Positions 35,847 through 48,094 of a stretch of 64,000 nucleotides of DNA are shown piece after piece. The translations under genes were made by a program, and so were the position numbers. Source of the stretch: Chiloscyllium plagiosum (lineage: Eukaryota); the NCBI RefSeq assembly GCF_004010195.1, contig NC_057711.1, positions 74,850,433-74,914,432 of the forward strand. The letters are read 5' to 3'. Every line of letters begins with the position of its first letter. Within the stretch, counting starts at the first letter, position 1. The notes under the pieces were generated by a model. The model had not been told where the DNA came from. It was given only the letters and a program-made list of their open reading frames with translations, and made no database searches.

Positions 35847-38800
35847 TCTCAGAAGGTTGTGAATCTGTGGCATTCTTTACCACAGAGGATTGTCAAGACC
35901 AGGTTATTAAACATATTCAAGGTGGAGCTGGACAGATTTTTAATCAGTAAGGGAAACAATTGTTATGGGGAAACTCAACGGGATCTTTGGCCCACATCTG
36001 CTCCTATGTCTTCTGGACTGATAACATTTATCTGATAACATTTATCTGATGTATGATTACAGTCAAACATCAGGCATTTTTGAGCCTGCACTTCTGTTCA
36101 ACAATCCTTTAAAAAACATGAAAAGAAGAACCATCTAATAATCTATGATATCAGCGCAATTCTAAGAATTTGGCTGAAGTCTTTAAATGTTGAAATATTG
36201 TGCAGGAGTTTTTGATAACTTAAGCTAGATTTGACTGCTGAATTCTGTTGCACAGAATAACCGTTATAATTATGAGTTCACAATCACACATGGAGTAGAG
36301 GAAAGCACTCAATAAATTGAAAAGCTTCCCACAGAGATGGAACAAAACTACAAGGAAGCCACTCTGGCTTTAATTTGCATACTCTCACAGCTGTGAGGAG
36401 GTTTTCTATGCGCCCCTTCGGCTATAAGTCGATGTATAATAAGAAGGGACCTATCAGCTAGGAGAATATAATAAATAAAATTATGTTAGGCCCTGGGGAA
36501 TCTGATGCACTTGTCTATGTATGCTCATTTAATTAATTAACAATTATGCTGAATAGATCTAGGCCATATAACTCTGTGCCCCAAAAGTAGTGTGCTGAGA
36601 GGACCTTTTTATTTTGTTTTTCTTCATTTGTGTTGTAAATTAAAGTGTCTAATTAGCTTTTTGCAGTTTCTGAAAGTTAAGCCCAACCTGTGCTATTTTA
36701 ATTTGCAACCAGTATAAGATATGCATCCATCAACTGCAAAAGCTGTATGTAACTTCTATTAGTCAATGTTAGAAAATGGGATGATATAAAGTTTCTGGCA
36801 ACATATTAACTTCTCCTGTTAGGGTTTTAGTCTAATGAGAAAAGACATCGACAACCCCAAATCATGTATTTCATTGCAATTAATGCAAAGATTTCCTATT
36901 AAGTGGAAATCAAAAAGCCTGCAGCAAATTTCTAACTTGGTGAAGCAGTCATAAAAGTATATGCTGGCCTAACCTTGCTGGTAATGGCTCACAGACTGAA
37001 GTCGTTATGGGAACAGTAATAAATGATAGACTTGACCCCTATAAGCTGAAGTCCTTGGCCACTTTCTATATCAGGATATTATCAGTCCCGAGAGGAAAAG
37101 CAATACTTAGCAGCTTTATCTCCAAACCATGCTTCAAGGATTAAACCAAAAGATTTTTGCCCAAAGAGCAAATTCCTCTAAATAAATATATCCATATACA
37201 TTTGTACATATTTACACATCATCAGTAGAAGCAGAAACATTGTTGATTTATGACTGTACTCAGACCTCAGTACACAAGTGTCAACTCTCAGTTGTCTTAG
37301 TTAATTTGTAAAAAAAACTAGCCATTGCTACAGGAAAGACTAATAGTTCAACTGTCCTCCATTTATTTACACAGTATCAATATGTTCAGCCTGCTTGTGA
37401 AATTTTAGTAAAGCACAAGAAACATATCTGGCTTCACTGTGAAAATTGAGTGCATGTACTTTAATGAAAGAAGAAGTTTTAATTAACAAACAGAATAAAT
37501 AATGAAGGCACCAGTGATATATTAAATATGCTGTTACACTGGTGACTTTTATTAGACCTTACAAGCCGAAATGAAAACAACAAGACAGGGCTGCCTCTGG
37601 CATTAGGTTGGTAACGATTGCACTGATAAGAACTGATAAGGTCAATGTTGCTACAATGTTTCATGAGTTAAGGTCAAAATATTTAATTTAAAATCATCAA
37701 GCACATGAACAGATAATTATGTTTTAAACTAATTATCCTGCATCAACTACTTTTCTTTTTTCCAATTGATAAAGATTAATAATTATTTATGATTTGGGGA
37801 TGTATCTCATTTGATGATGCGAGCATTTTAATTTTAACTATGCTCAAGAAACATAAGGAATAATTTGATTTGCATACTATTCTTTCCAAATTAAGAAGTG
37901 TTTCCCTTTGTAGCTCCTGGCTTTTGCACACAGTGGCTTCACTCCACACCCTCAAAATACCATTAATCCTCGAAGAGTTAATCTTTTTTCTTGCACAATA
38001 TTTCTGTCTCAAAAAAAATTGAATACAATGCTAACTGGGCACTTCCTTAGGACATTGGTAGGATAGCTTCTATAATTAGGTAGGAGCATAGCTTTGAAGC
38101 TTGATATATTTTGCATTGAACCTTGAAAGCTTTGTTCACGTGCATTTGAAGCTAAGTGAGCAAGTGCAAAGTGTGATAGGGGCTAGCCATACAGGAACTG
38201 GTTATGGTAACAAAACATCAAACTTGACATTTGAATATTAAGGCAACAGTAAACAAATTTATTGCTGAAGCTCTGCTGCACTTCAACTCTTTATGCAGGC
38301 AGGATGTGTGCAGCATTTGTTCTTCATCAGACACCGGGAAAATTATTTTTCCAAACAGTTTTCATTGCAAGTTCCAATTAATAGCATTTTTTTGAGAATG
38401 TTCTGTGTAAAGGAATAAATTAAGGCTGATTATCCAGTCATCCTAGCACAGATCACATGAGTGAAAGGACACAGTTTCCTGAGCAAGCCTTAGACTTGTT
38501 TCTTATCTACTGTGCCAAGTACACCATTCTGTGATCAAGCTAAACTTTCACAAAAAGAGCTGTCACATTTTTTCATGTGAAGCTGTCATTAATGATTTCC
38601 ATATTATGTCATTTGCCTGTTGTCATCAGTTTAGTTAAAATAGAAATCACATTTAAGGGCTTTTCAGATATTTTGGGGATTGCATTACTTAAAAGAAGCG
38701 TGATTGTCACTAGGATTTTTTTGTGTTTCTATATTTATTGCTTATTCAGTTAATTAACATTCTTTATACTGAAATTTTGTTTTATTTTCCGTTATGGACT

Positions 38801-39528
38801 ACTTCTTGTTACATTTTTTTGTTTTATTTACACCACCCATTTTCTATCTATGATAGAAACTACTCCACACTGCATTTTCTATCTGTGTTCGAAAATTTTC
38901 AGCACAGTTTAGCTTTCCATAACCAAAGTTTTGAAGATGAACATTTGCTAGGAAGTCCTTTCAATTTTCTTATTTTGCAAGGATTTAAGAGAGAAATGTG
39001 AATTCTCATCTTTTTCTGGAACCCTTTAAGACAATCACCCATCTCAGGCGCAACTAATGAACCTATGTCTTTAATTGGTTTCTGTGTTCATATGCCTGGG
39101 CATATTGTATGATCTGGGTGCAAAGAATAGAGGATGATGAGGTGAGAAGGTTTATATGGCTGTCCAATTTTATTGAACCAAATATCTGGCAACCTTAAGT
39201 CCATAAAATGGCACAAATACTTATGTCAACACACTCATATAATCTCCTCTCACAACATAATAGGTCACCCAATTCATATTGCTCCCATACTGTCAACCTT
39301 CACAATCCCATTAATAGATCCACCAATTTTCATTTTGAATGTATCACTGCTCAGTATAAAAGAAAGTTGTTGTTTTCACATTGTTAACAATTATCTTTAT
39401 TCAAAACAATAAATAGGATGTATAATTGATGAACTAATTTATTGGGACCACTACTGTTTCTAATTTACAACAATATCTTGGATTCTGAAATCTAACGCAC
39501 ATTGGTTACAACTGGATTTAATGCTGAA

Positions 39529-39895
39529 TTAGAAACAGAATCACTCCAGGGTGGAAGGAGACCATTCGGTCTATTGAATTCACACCAACCCTCCCACCCA
39601 ATCCCACTCCATCATTGCAACCCTGCATATCCCTTGGCGAATTGACCTAACCTGCATATTCCTGAACACTATGGGTAATTTAGATTAGATTACTTACAGT
39701 GTGGACTATTAGCATGGCCAATAAACCTAACCTGCACATCTTTGGGTTGTGGGAGAAAACTGAACCACCCGGAGGAAACCCACACAGACATGGGGAAAAT
39801 ATGCTGACTCCACCCTGTCGCCCGAGGGTGGAATCGAACCCGGTTCCCTGGTGTTTTGAGACAGTAAGGCTAACCACTGAGGAATAGTGCTGCCC
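39529..39895 (-). mobile_element. HE1-type V-SINE with an internal extra tail fragment
   Basis: Reverse V-domain CCCGGAGGAAACCCACACAGAC; extra TAGATTAGATTACTTACAGTGTGGA at about 39681-39705. Confidence 0.8.
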
Positions 39896-40659
39896 TGAAT
39901 AAGGAGGCGTAAATGAAGAAAGACCTGAAACTACAGAAATAACTTAGATATGTTATTGGGCGGAACAATGGGAAATGGAACTGAGTGTAGACTAATGCAG
40001 TGTGATAAGAAGGCAAATAGGTACTTAATGCATGGTGCTGAAATAACTATAGTTGAAGACAAAGGAGTTTTAGAACCCTCAGGCTCACATTAGGTTGAAC
40101 ACTTTTGCATCTACCTTGGTTGTAATGTTATTGTCAACCTTATCCATGCTTCCAGGCTTGGCCGCAATCTACAAAATCAATGGAATTTTGAACTGCATAT
40201 CAAAATAGTAAAATAAAAATCATTAGAAATCAGGATCAAGTTTTCTTCAAATCACATCCTGAATACTATGCAAATTTTGCTTCCCGAGAAAAAAAAGGAG
40301 ACAATCAGGGATTCTAGTTAAAAAGAAGAAACGTAGAAATATGGAAAATAGAAGCAGGAGTAAGTCATTCGGTCCTTCAAGCCTGCTTCATCTTCGTTAT
40401 GATCATTGCTGATCATCCAATTCAATAAGCAGTTTCTATTTTTCCTACATTTCCTTGAATCCTTTTATCCCAAGTGCTGTAACCAACTCCTTCTTGAAAT
40501 CAAGGTACCAGAGAGACTTGGGTTTCTCAGTCTGAACAAGAGGTATCTAAAAATTGATTGGATAAAGATATAAGATGTTAAGGGCAAAAGTCCTTTAAAA
40601 TCTCTAAATAGCTCCTCCTCTCATTTAATGTAACACTTCTTCATTTTTCTCTTCACTTG

Positions 40660-40752
40660 ACTCCGGAGAAGAGTCAAGTTGGACTTAAAACATTAACTCT
40701 GTTTATCCTTCCATAAATGCTACTAGACCTGCTGAGTTACTTCAGCACTTTT
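40660..40752 (+). mobile_element. PLE family B fragment
   Basis: GAAGAGTCAAGTTGGACTTAAAACATTAACTCTGTTT...AGACCTGCTGAG. Confidence 0.65.
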
Positions 40753-40767
40753 TGTTGAGCATAACTG

Positions 40768-40978
40768 CTTAGAGGCAAAATAAACCAGCAGATACTGGAA
40801 TCCAAGGTAGATAAGCAGGAGGCTGGAAGAACACAGCAAGCTAGGCACCATCAGGAGGTGGAGAAGCCAACTTTTCGAGTGTAACCTGAAAAAGGTTTCA
40901 GTTATACCTAAAGCGATGATTTCTCCACCTCCTGATGCTGCCTGACTTGCTGTGTTCTTTCAGCCTCGTGCTTGTCTG
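40768..40978. mobile_element. PLE-derived palindromic element (family A-related, decayed centre)
   Basis: Arms AAGCAGGAGGCTGGAAGAACACAGCAAG...CATCAGGAGGTGGAGAA / TTCTCCACCTCCTGATG...CTTGCTGTGTTCTTTCAGCCTCGTGCTT; 15-bp TSD with 2 mismatches (40753-40767, 40979-40993). Confidence 0.8.
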
Positions 40979-41026
40979 TGTTGAGCACACCTGGCAGATA
41001 TTCAGATCAATGGAACTGATACCATA

Positions 41027-41400
41027 CAGCAAAAGCAGAAAGTGCTGGAGAAACTCAACAGGTCTGGCAGCAGCTGTAGAGAGACAAACAGAGTTAACAT
41101 TTCCAGTCCAGTCACCTTTCATCAGAACTGAAAGCAGCTGGGAAATAGTGGCAGTTAAGCTGATGAGAGGGATCTGGGGGTGGGGAGGAGTGAGTAGAAT
41201 GCATCAAGATTACGCTAAGAGAGATGAAAAAGAGGAAAGAAAGAGATAAAGAGAAATGAAAAAAAGAGATTATCAACAGGATTGTTGTTGAAAAGCTGAG
41301 AGGGAGATAAATATCCAATGGGTGCTAACGAGAAAATGTGAAGAGTTGAAAATGGGAAAGTGTGTTGACTGTGCCAGGAGCAACCATCTTGAATAGTCAG
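41027..41400 (-). mobile_element. PLE family B 3' end with hammerhead motif (41092-41129)
   Basis: Reverse strand AGTT-CTGATGA-AAGGTGACTGGACTG-GAAA-TG-TT^AACT; purine-rich UTR on the + strand. Confidence 0.7.
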
Positions 41401-43296
41401 GTAGTTTGAATATGTAGTGTTCTATTCAGATAAGTTGGTCCATTAAGTAGAAATGAAAGCATAAGAAAACCCATATGATTGAAAGTCTTTCTCTCTCTGT
41501 GAATGATTTTATTCTATGGGTTTATGCAATTGACCTGCCATCACAATTGATGGATTCTCAGTCTCATCTTTTGCACAAAAACTACACCTAAACCAACTGG
41601 CCAAGCATCCACAACTATCTGGGTATTTACTTTGGTCAAAATATGCATTTCTGTAACTTGCAGACAACCACTTTTTACTCTGATATGCAGTCTGTTTGTG
41701 TGATTTAATCTACTCCCACTTGGTGGCTCTGTTATCAGATGAAATAAGGAGACAGCTAACATTATGAGGTAGGAAATGAGTTGACTCCAGTCCTAACAGA
41801 CTCAGACATCTTCTACATTTGTAGGATCCAGCATTTACAATGGCTTCAATGTTCTGTGGAGCAGGGAATACTTTTTCAAAGCTAAACAAATGATCATAAG
41901 GTTCATAAGATTAAAAAAACCCTCAAAAGATAGGCACAGGAGTCGGCCATTTGACCTTTCAAATCTGCTCTGTTATTTAATATGGATCATCGAGCTGAAT
42001 ACCCTAATCCAACCCTCCCCCAATATTCCTTGATCCCTTCAGCCACTGAGCTACATCTATCTCCTTCTTGAAAACACAATGTTTCGATTTCAACCACATT
42101 CTGTGGGAGTGAATTCCACAAATCTCTCCATGTCTCAGGACTTAAGGGTTTATCCCTAATCTTTAAATTATGAACCCCACCACTGGGTAATTCCTTCCTG
42201 CATCTAACCTAGTCCTGTTGAATTTTGTAGGTTTCTATGAGATTCCCCTTCCTCTTCTAAACTCCAGTGAATACAATCCTAATCAATTCGATCTGTCCTC
42301 ATACTTTAGATCTTCCATCCCAGGAATCAGTTTGGTAAACTTTCGCTGCAATCCGTCTATAGAAAGAACATCCTCATATAAGGAGACCAAAGCTGCATAT
42401 GGTATTCCAAGTGTGGCCTCACCAAGGACCTGTGTAATTGTGGTAAGACATCCTTGTTTCAGAACTCAGATCTTCTCGCTATGAAGAGCAATATCTTGTT
42501 TGCCTTCTTTACTGCCTGCTGTACCTGCATGGTTACTTTCAGCAACTGGTGCATGAGGACACCCAGGTCTCATTAAACATTCCTTCCTCTTAATTTACAG
42601 CCATTTAAACATTAATCTGTTTTTGTATTTTTGTTATCAAAGTGGATAATCTTACATTTATCCACACTATTCTGCATAAGCTCAACTTGTCCAGTTCACA
42701 CTGCAACTACTGTGCATGCTCCTTACAACTCAACCTTCCACCCAGCTTTGTGTCAGCTGCAAATTTTGAAATATTGTATTTAGTTCCCTCATCTAAACCA
42801 TCATCATATATTATGAATAGCTGAGGACCTAGAACTAATCCCTGTGATACTTCACTAGTCACTGCCTGCTATTCAGAAAAAGGACTTAGTCCTACAGTTT
42901 GTTTCCTGTCTGCTAACTAATTTTCGATCTGTCTCAATACACCCCCCCCATTCTCCCCACCCAATCCAATAAATTTTAATTTTGCAGATTAATCTCTTTA
43001 ATTGGGCTTTATCGAAGGTCTTCTGAAAGTCTAAATAAACCACACCCACTAACTCCCATGATCAACTCTACTTGTGGCATCCTCAAAGAATTTCAGTAGA
43101 TTTGCCAAACAGGGTTACCTTTTTTTAGATCTACGCCTGATTCTACCACTGTTTTCTCAGTGCTTGCTATAAAATCTTTGATAATGGATTCGAGCAACTT
43201 CGAGGAGAAAGTGAGGTCTGCAGATGCTGGAGATCAAAGTTGAAACTTTATTGCTGGAACAGCACAGCAGGTCAGGCAGCATCCAGGGAACAGGAG

Positions 43297-43332
43297 ATTC
43301 GACGTTTCGGGCACAGGCCCTTCTTCAGGAAT
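43297..43332 (-). ncRNA. Minimal type I hammerhead ribozyme motif
   Basis: Exact reverse complement of 43338-43373. Confidence 0.8.
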
Positions 43333-43337
43333 GGCTC

Positions 43338-43373
43338 ATTCCTGAAGAAGGGCCTGTGCCCGAAACGTCGAAT
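43338..43373 (+). ncRNA. Minimal type I hammerhead ribozyme motif
   Basis: ATTC-CTGAAGA-A-GGGC(CTGT)GCCC-GAAA-CG-TC^GAAT. Confidence 0.8.
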
Positions 43374-43639
43374 CTCCTGTTCCCTGGATGCTGCCTGACC
43401 TGCTGTGCTGTTCCAGCAATAAAGTTTCAAATTCGAGCAACTTCCCCACTACTGACATTAGACTCACTAGTCAATAATTCCCTGTTTTCTCTCAACCTCC
43501 CTTTTAAATAGTTACCTTCTCACTAAACGCTGGGTTTAGCATTATTTCTGGTATGTTATTTGTGTTTTCCTTTGTGAAGACAGAAGCAAAGTATGAACTT
43601 AGTTCATCAACCATTTCTTTGTCCATTATAAATTCTGAT

Positions 43640-44720
43640 TTTTGTGAGAAAGCACTTGTGTTTGTTCAAGATCATATTACATTTGTCTCAGGTACATTTT
43701 CCATGGATGAGATTGTGTTCATTAGTGTTCTCAATTTCTTGCACAACTGATTGATTCATCTGCTGAAATACAAGGGCTATTTGATTGAAACATTCTGAAG
43801 TGAACTGAAAATACTTTATAACCTCTTCTGTAAGCTTGATTTGATGGTAGTCTACATTAAAGGTAGGTTTAGGGCAACATTTGTAATATGGTTAGCACCA
43901 TGCATACTTTCTATGATATCATCAGTTGTTGGTGTCAAGTATGTTTTTGTCATGTGGTTTGATTTGGTTACCACACGTCAACATAGATTCTAATCTAGTT
44001 CTTTCTCTTGAGTTTTTTGATGACTTGTTTCAGTGAGACACAATAATTAGGTTCATTCCCAATTTTCTCAATGATGACAAGATCGGTTCCTTCTCTTCTC
44101 TGATACGAAATCATATTTGATCTTATTTATTTGCCAGTAGTATCTACATGCAGTTTGTGTGTAACACCAATAGATTTACCTGTATTAGAAAGGTAACCAG
44201 CATGCAATTCATGGATATTGTTGGCATGCATCATAATGTGTATGTGACTGCAATTAATTGCCCATCTGCTGTCCCATGGAAACTGTATATCACATTCTCC
44301 AGCTATGAGATAGAATGAAGCATTCATTCTAATGTCTTTATATAAGGCTGGCATATTAGAAGCGTTTGTCACTCCTTTACGGGGAAATTTAATCATTCTC
44401 TGATTTTCATTGAATGGGCAATCCAGAATTTTGTTGAACATTTTGTCTCTCACGACATTGACAGATAGTCTTCTATCTCTGAGAAAATTGATGGCCAAGT
44501 AGCCCATAGTCACTATTCAATGTGGCTGCTGTGTCAGAAAAAAGGATTATCCACCTTTGTGTTCGCTCAATGTTTTGATACGGACATGACATGGCAGCCT
44601 TCCAAGTGGTATTGCTCTTATTATTAGATGAGTGATAGACATTAGCAAAGTGGTAGAATCTTCCATGAGAAGAAACACTAAGTTTCATGCTTTCAGAGTC
44701 AGATCTGTGAAAGTATGGGG
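43640..44720 (-). mobile_element. Ancient Gypsy/Ty3 remnant (zinc knuckle, protease, RT N-terminus)
   Basis: Reverse translations HGRFYHFANV (knuckle-like), ILFSDTAATLN (protease-like), KLHVD, IIEKIGNEP, IRIYVD, TPTTDDIIESMHGA, YHQIKL in Gypsy order. Confidence 0.7.
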
Positions 44721-45297
44721 CTGGTTACTGTGTGTCCCCACTGGGTGAAATTTCAGTCAGGGACAATGAAAATATGGCAGGTGCTCAATCCACCACCTCT
44801 CCTCCTACCTTTCAAGCTCCCCCTTATAATGTAGAGGATAATCAGGCATTGAAATCAGCACCCTGCAACCAAATATAATAAATAATTGAGCTTATTAAAA
44901 GTTCAAAATACTTGGATACTGCCCTGCCCATACCATAATGCAATTGGCATGAGCTTACTCGTAAGCACTTTTTAAAAGTTTTTCGAAAAGATAGAAAGAG
45001 GTTCCAACTTCATATGGTGCACATGTATATCAGGAGCACCCCACAAAAAATGATCCTCCTCTTCCTCTATGTAAAGAGCTTAAATTCTATCCATCCCCTC
45101 ACACCTATCCCCAAATTTGTCAAACCCTTCCTTTCCGATGCCCCTTGCTTTGTTGAGTGATCCATTGGGCCTTCTTCTTGGGATTAGTTGCTGTTCTGGA
45201 AGTACGCCTTGCCTGGATTTGACATTACTGGAGTCTGGCTAGTTGACAGCTCCAGAGGGTAGGGCTTCCCAGCACTACAACAAACGTGTTGACATCC

Positions 45298-45432
45298 GCA
45301 TTCCTGATGAAGGGCTCCCGCCTGAAACATCGATTTTCCTGCTCCTCGGATGCTGCCTGACCTGCTGTGCTTTTCCAGCATCAATCTAATCTTGACTCTA
45401 ATCTCCAGCATCGGCAGTCCTCACTTTCACCT
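45298..45432 (+). mobile_element. PLE family A single arm with hammerhead motif (45300-45335)
   Basis: ATTC-CTGATGA-A-GGGC(TCCC)GCCT-GAAA-CA-TC^GATT...CTCACTTTCACC. Confidence 0.82.
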
Positions 45433-46862
45433 ATCCACCAACTGAACCAACCCAGATTGGGCAACCCATGGTGTGCAGGCAATTTCCAGACCTGTCAGTT
45501 GCCTGTGTCACTTTTCATCTGAGGACCAAGCTGTTTACTCCTCCATTAAATCCTTTCTTCTCCTTTTTGTACCAAGGATAATATTGCTGCTCCTGCTCAT
45601 CTTATTCCTCTTCATCAGCAATAGTGCACACCCTGATGGGAGAGTTCAGATTTAACCTTCCCAATGCCAAAAGTAAGTTCTGAGAATATGTCCTGGAAAT
45701 GAACGTTTTTAAAAACAACATCCAAATGTAACAACACTTTATACCAAAGATGCAATTAATAATTTTTCTATTGTATTTTGTAGAATATACTTTTTATAAT
45801 TAATGTATTTTTACTGGTTTTAAAATAAAACTAGTAGTCAATTAGACAGAAACTTTTGTGTTAACATCATATCCATCAGAACCACCATTTTGTAAACTAC
45901 AGTACATGGCCTGTGCTAATTCAACCAAACAATTCTGAGAAATTCCTCTCTGACCATGGAAGGTGATTAAAACTAAGATCCGGGAGATAATAATCTATCC
46001 TATGCATTGTGTATTCCCAAATAATGTGCATGAGGTTCAGTCTGGTATCTCTAGGAATCAAAGATTATTCTCTGAACTGCAGACAGCAATTCAGAGTGTA
46101 GCATTAGAACATTTCTTTAATCTTTCATTTTCTTTGATCAATCAGATTTGTTAGTTATAAAAAATATTGGAAATGCAAACAAGAACTGTTTGACTAGATT
46201 TTTCAAAGGTTCATGGAATTCAAGGAACAGATCCAATCAGAGTATCCAACTTAAATGCACTAGTAGGACATTGTCCATTACTATATTTCGAAGTGCTATC
46301 AGCTGCCTCTTAATAAATTACTATTTCCCCTTTCTATACTTTCATTAAAAATTTGTACCTACCTCAGAAATAAATGCACACATTAATATTGTATCCTATA
46401 GTCCATTTTTCTACCAGTGCCATTGTTCAGGTATTCAGTTTCTTCTCCAATAGTTCAACTGTAATGTCTACCTTTGAATGGATGACAGAAATATTCTATT
46501 AGTGATACTTTTGCCAAACCAGAAGAAAAGTTTGAATCATTTGATGTAAGCATTAAAATTATAATAACGTTAACAAAAGATTAATTTCTTTATGCAAAGG
46601 CAAAATTTAACAATCATTATTTTGGCCTTTCAATGAAAAATCAGTAGTTCAGTTTTTGGACTATTAAATGCATCAGTTCAATATAGGGTATGGCTGAGGA
46701 TATCATTAGGAGTTGGTCAGATTGAATGATGGAGCAAACCCAACAGGTGATATGGTCTATTTCTTCTCTGACTTCTTGTGTTCTTGTGTAAGCTTCGCAA
46801 TAGCAGTCAACTAAACTCTAACTTACTATCCATCTCTTATCTTAATCAAAATTATTCATGGA

Positions 46863-46907
46863 AAATGGGCTCTCAGTAACTTGAGCCCATTTGCTCAAGT
46901 TACTGAG
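46863..46907. repeat. Overlapping short inverted repeats
   Basis: 15-bp perfect IR 46872-46886 / 46893-46907 and 10-bp IR 46863-46872 / 46883-46892. Confidence 0.9.
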
Positions 46908-47686
46908 CAATATTGAAAAAAGGTTTGAAGGAAATGGACTCACTGGCAATTAGTGTTCAGTGGTCAACCAAATGAATGACTTTATTTTAATTAACCATCC
47001 AGTAGTTAGGTTGCCTGAACTTATTGATTAGCCATCTAATTCTTTAATTGATAAAAAGTCACAATCAGTAAATTAGTGCCGTCATGATTTTAAATGTTGC
47101 TCTGCACACCTAGTTAAATATTTTTATTCTATTTCATGATCCAAAATTAAGCATTGCAATATAGTAAAGCATGAAACATTTCTATCAACACCTAAGTGTT
47201 ACAAGCTGTGAGGCTACAGAGCAGGTGATAGAAAGTAGGATTTGAAGTGGCAGCTAGATTTTAAAATGTTCTCTTCTTTTCTGGCTAGTGTAGATACAAT
47301 TGATTCTTTCTCTGCTGTAACTCTGTGGTTCTTTGTTTTGGCATTTTGCTTCAATAAGGAGTTGCTGCTGGTAAAAGGCTTTGTGGCATTAGTGATATTT
47401 TCTGATGTAAATCAGTATTTATAAATGTTCTGAGGCCAAGTAAAGGTTACAGAGTAATTAGCAACCTAAGCTCATGTGTATTTGTGTATGAAAGCTTATA
47501 GGTGATATTCCAAATATCCTTTAAAGGATAGCCAAATATCCTTATCCGAAAAGAGAGAGGGGCAAAATGTGAGTATCTACATGCCAATTAGCCTAAAATG
47601 TATTGTTGGAAAAGTATTGAAATCATTTATAATGGAAGTAATAGCAGCATGTTGTGGTTCTGTTCGCCGAGCTGGGAATTTGTGTT

Positions 47687-47726
47687 GCAGACGTTTCATC
47701 CCCTGTCTAGGTGACATCCTGAGTGC
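47687..47726 (-). ncRNA. Hammerhead motif, family D (core substitution CUCAGGA)
   Basis: Reverse GCA-CTCAGGA-T-GTC..GAT-GAAA-CG-TC^TGC. Confidence 0.6.
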
Positions 47727-48054
47727 TTGGGAGCCTCCTGTGAAGCGCTTCTGTGATCTTTCCTCCGGCATTTGTAGTGGTTTGAATCTGCCGCTTCCGG
47801 TTGTCAGTTCCAGCTGTCCGTTGCAGTGGCCGATATATTGGGTCCAGGTCGATGTGCTTATTGATTGAATCTGTGGATGAGTGCCATGCCTCTAGGAATT
47901 CCCTGGCTGTTCTCTGTTTGGCTTGTCCAATAATAGTAGTGTTGTCCCAGTCGAATTCATGTTGCTTGTCATCTGCATGTGTGGCTACTAAGGATAGCTG
48001 GTCGTGTCGTTTCGTGGCTACAAATGCTTCAAGCGCTTCATAGGAGGCTCCCAA

Positions 48055-48094
48055 GCACTGCGGATGTCACCTAGATAGGGGACGAAACGTCTGC
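48055..48094 (+). ncRNA. Hammerhead motif, family D (core substitution CUGCGGA)
   Basis: GCA-CTGCGGA-T-GTC..GAC-GAAA-CG-TC^TGC. Confidence 0.62.

Larger units (their letters stand above)
43202..43430. mobile_element. PLE family A perfect palindromic mini-element
   Basis: 94-bp perfect inverted arms 43240-43333 and 43337-43430 with 3-nt spacer; perfect 14-bp TSD ATTCGAGCAACTTC (43188-43201, 43431-43444). Confidence 0.95.
41900..43625 (-). mobile_element. CR1 LINE remnant
   Basis: Reverse CR1 tail and RT motifs (GCTTTGTGTCAGCTGCAAATTT reads KFAADTK; TTTATCGAAGGTCTTCTGAAAGTC reads DFQKTFDK). Confidence 0.82.

Noticed and set aside
36018..36050. 14-bp tandem duplication CTGATAACATTTAT
   Set aside because: Ordinary slippage-type duplication at a LINE tail.
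43224..43511. ORFs 43224-43511 and 7053-7301 sharing the peptide LLEQHSRSGSIQGTGDSTFRAQALL as a gene family
   Set aside because: They are translations of the palindromic repeat; the recurring LLGCCLTCCAFP peptides are its other arm.
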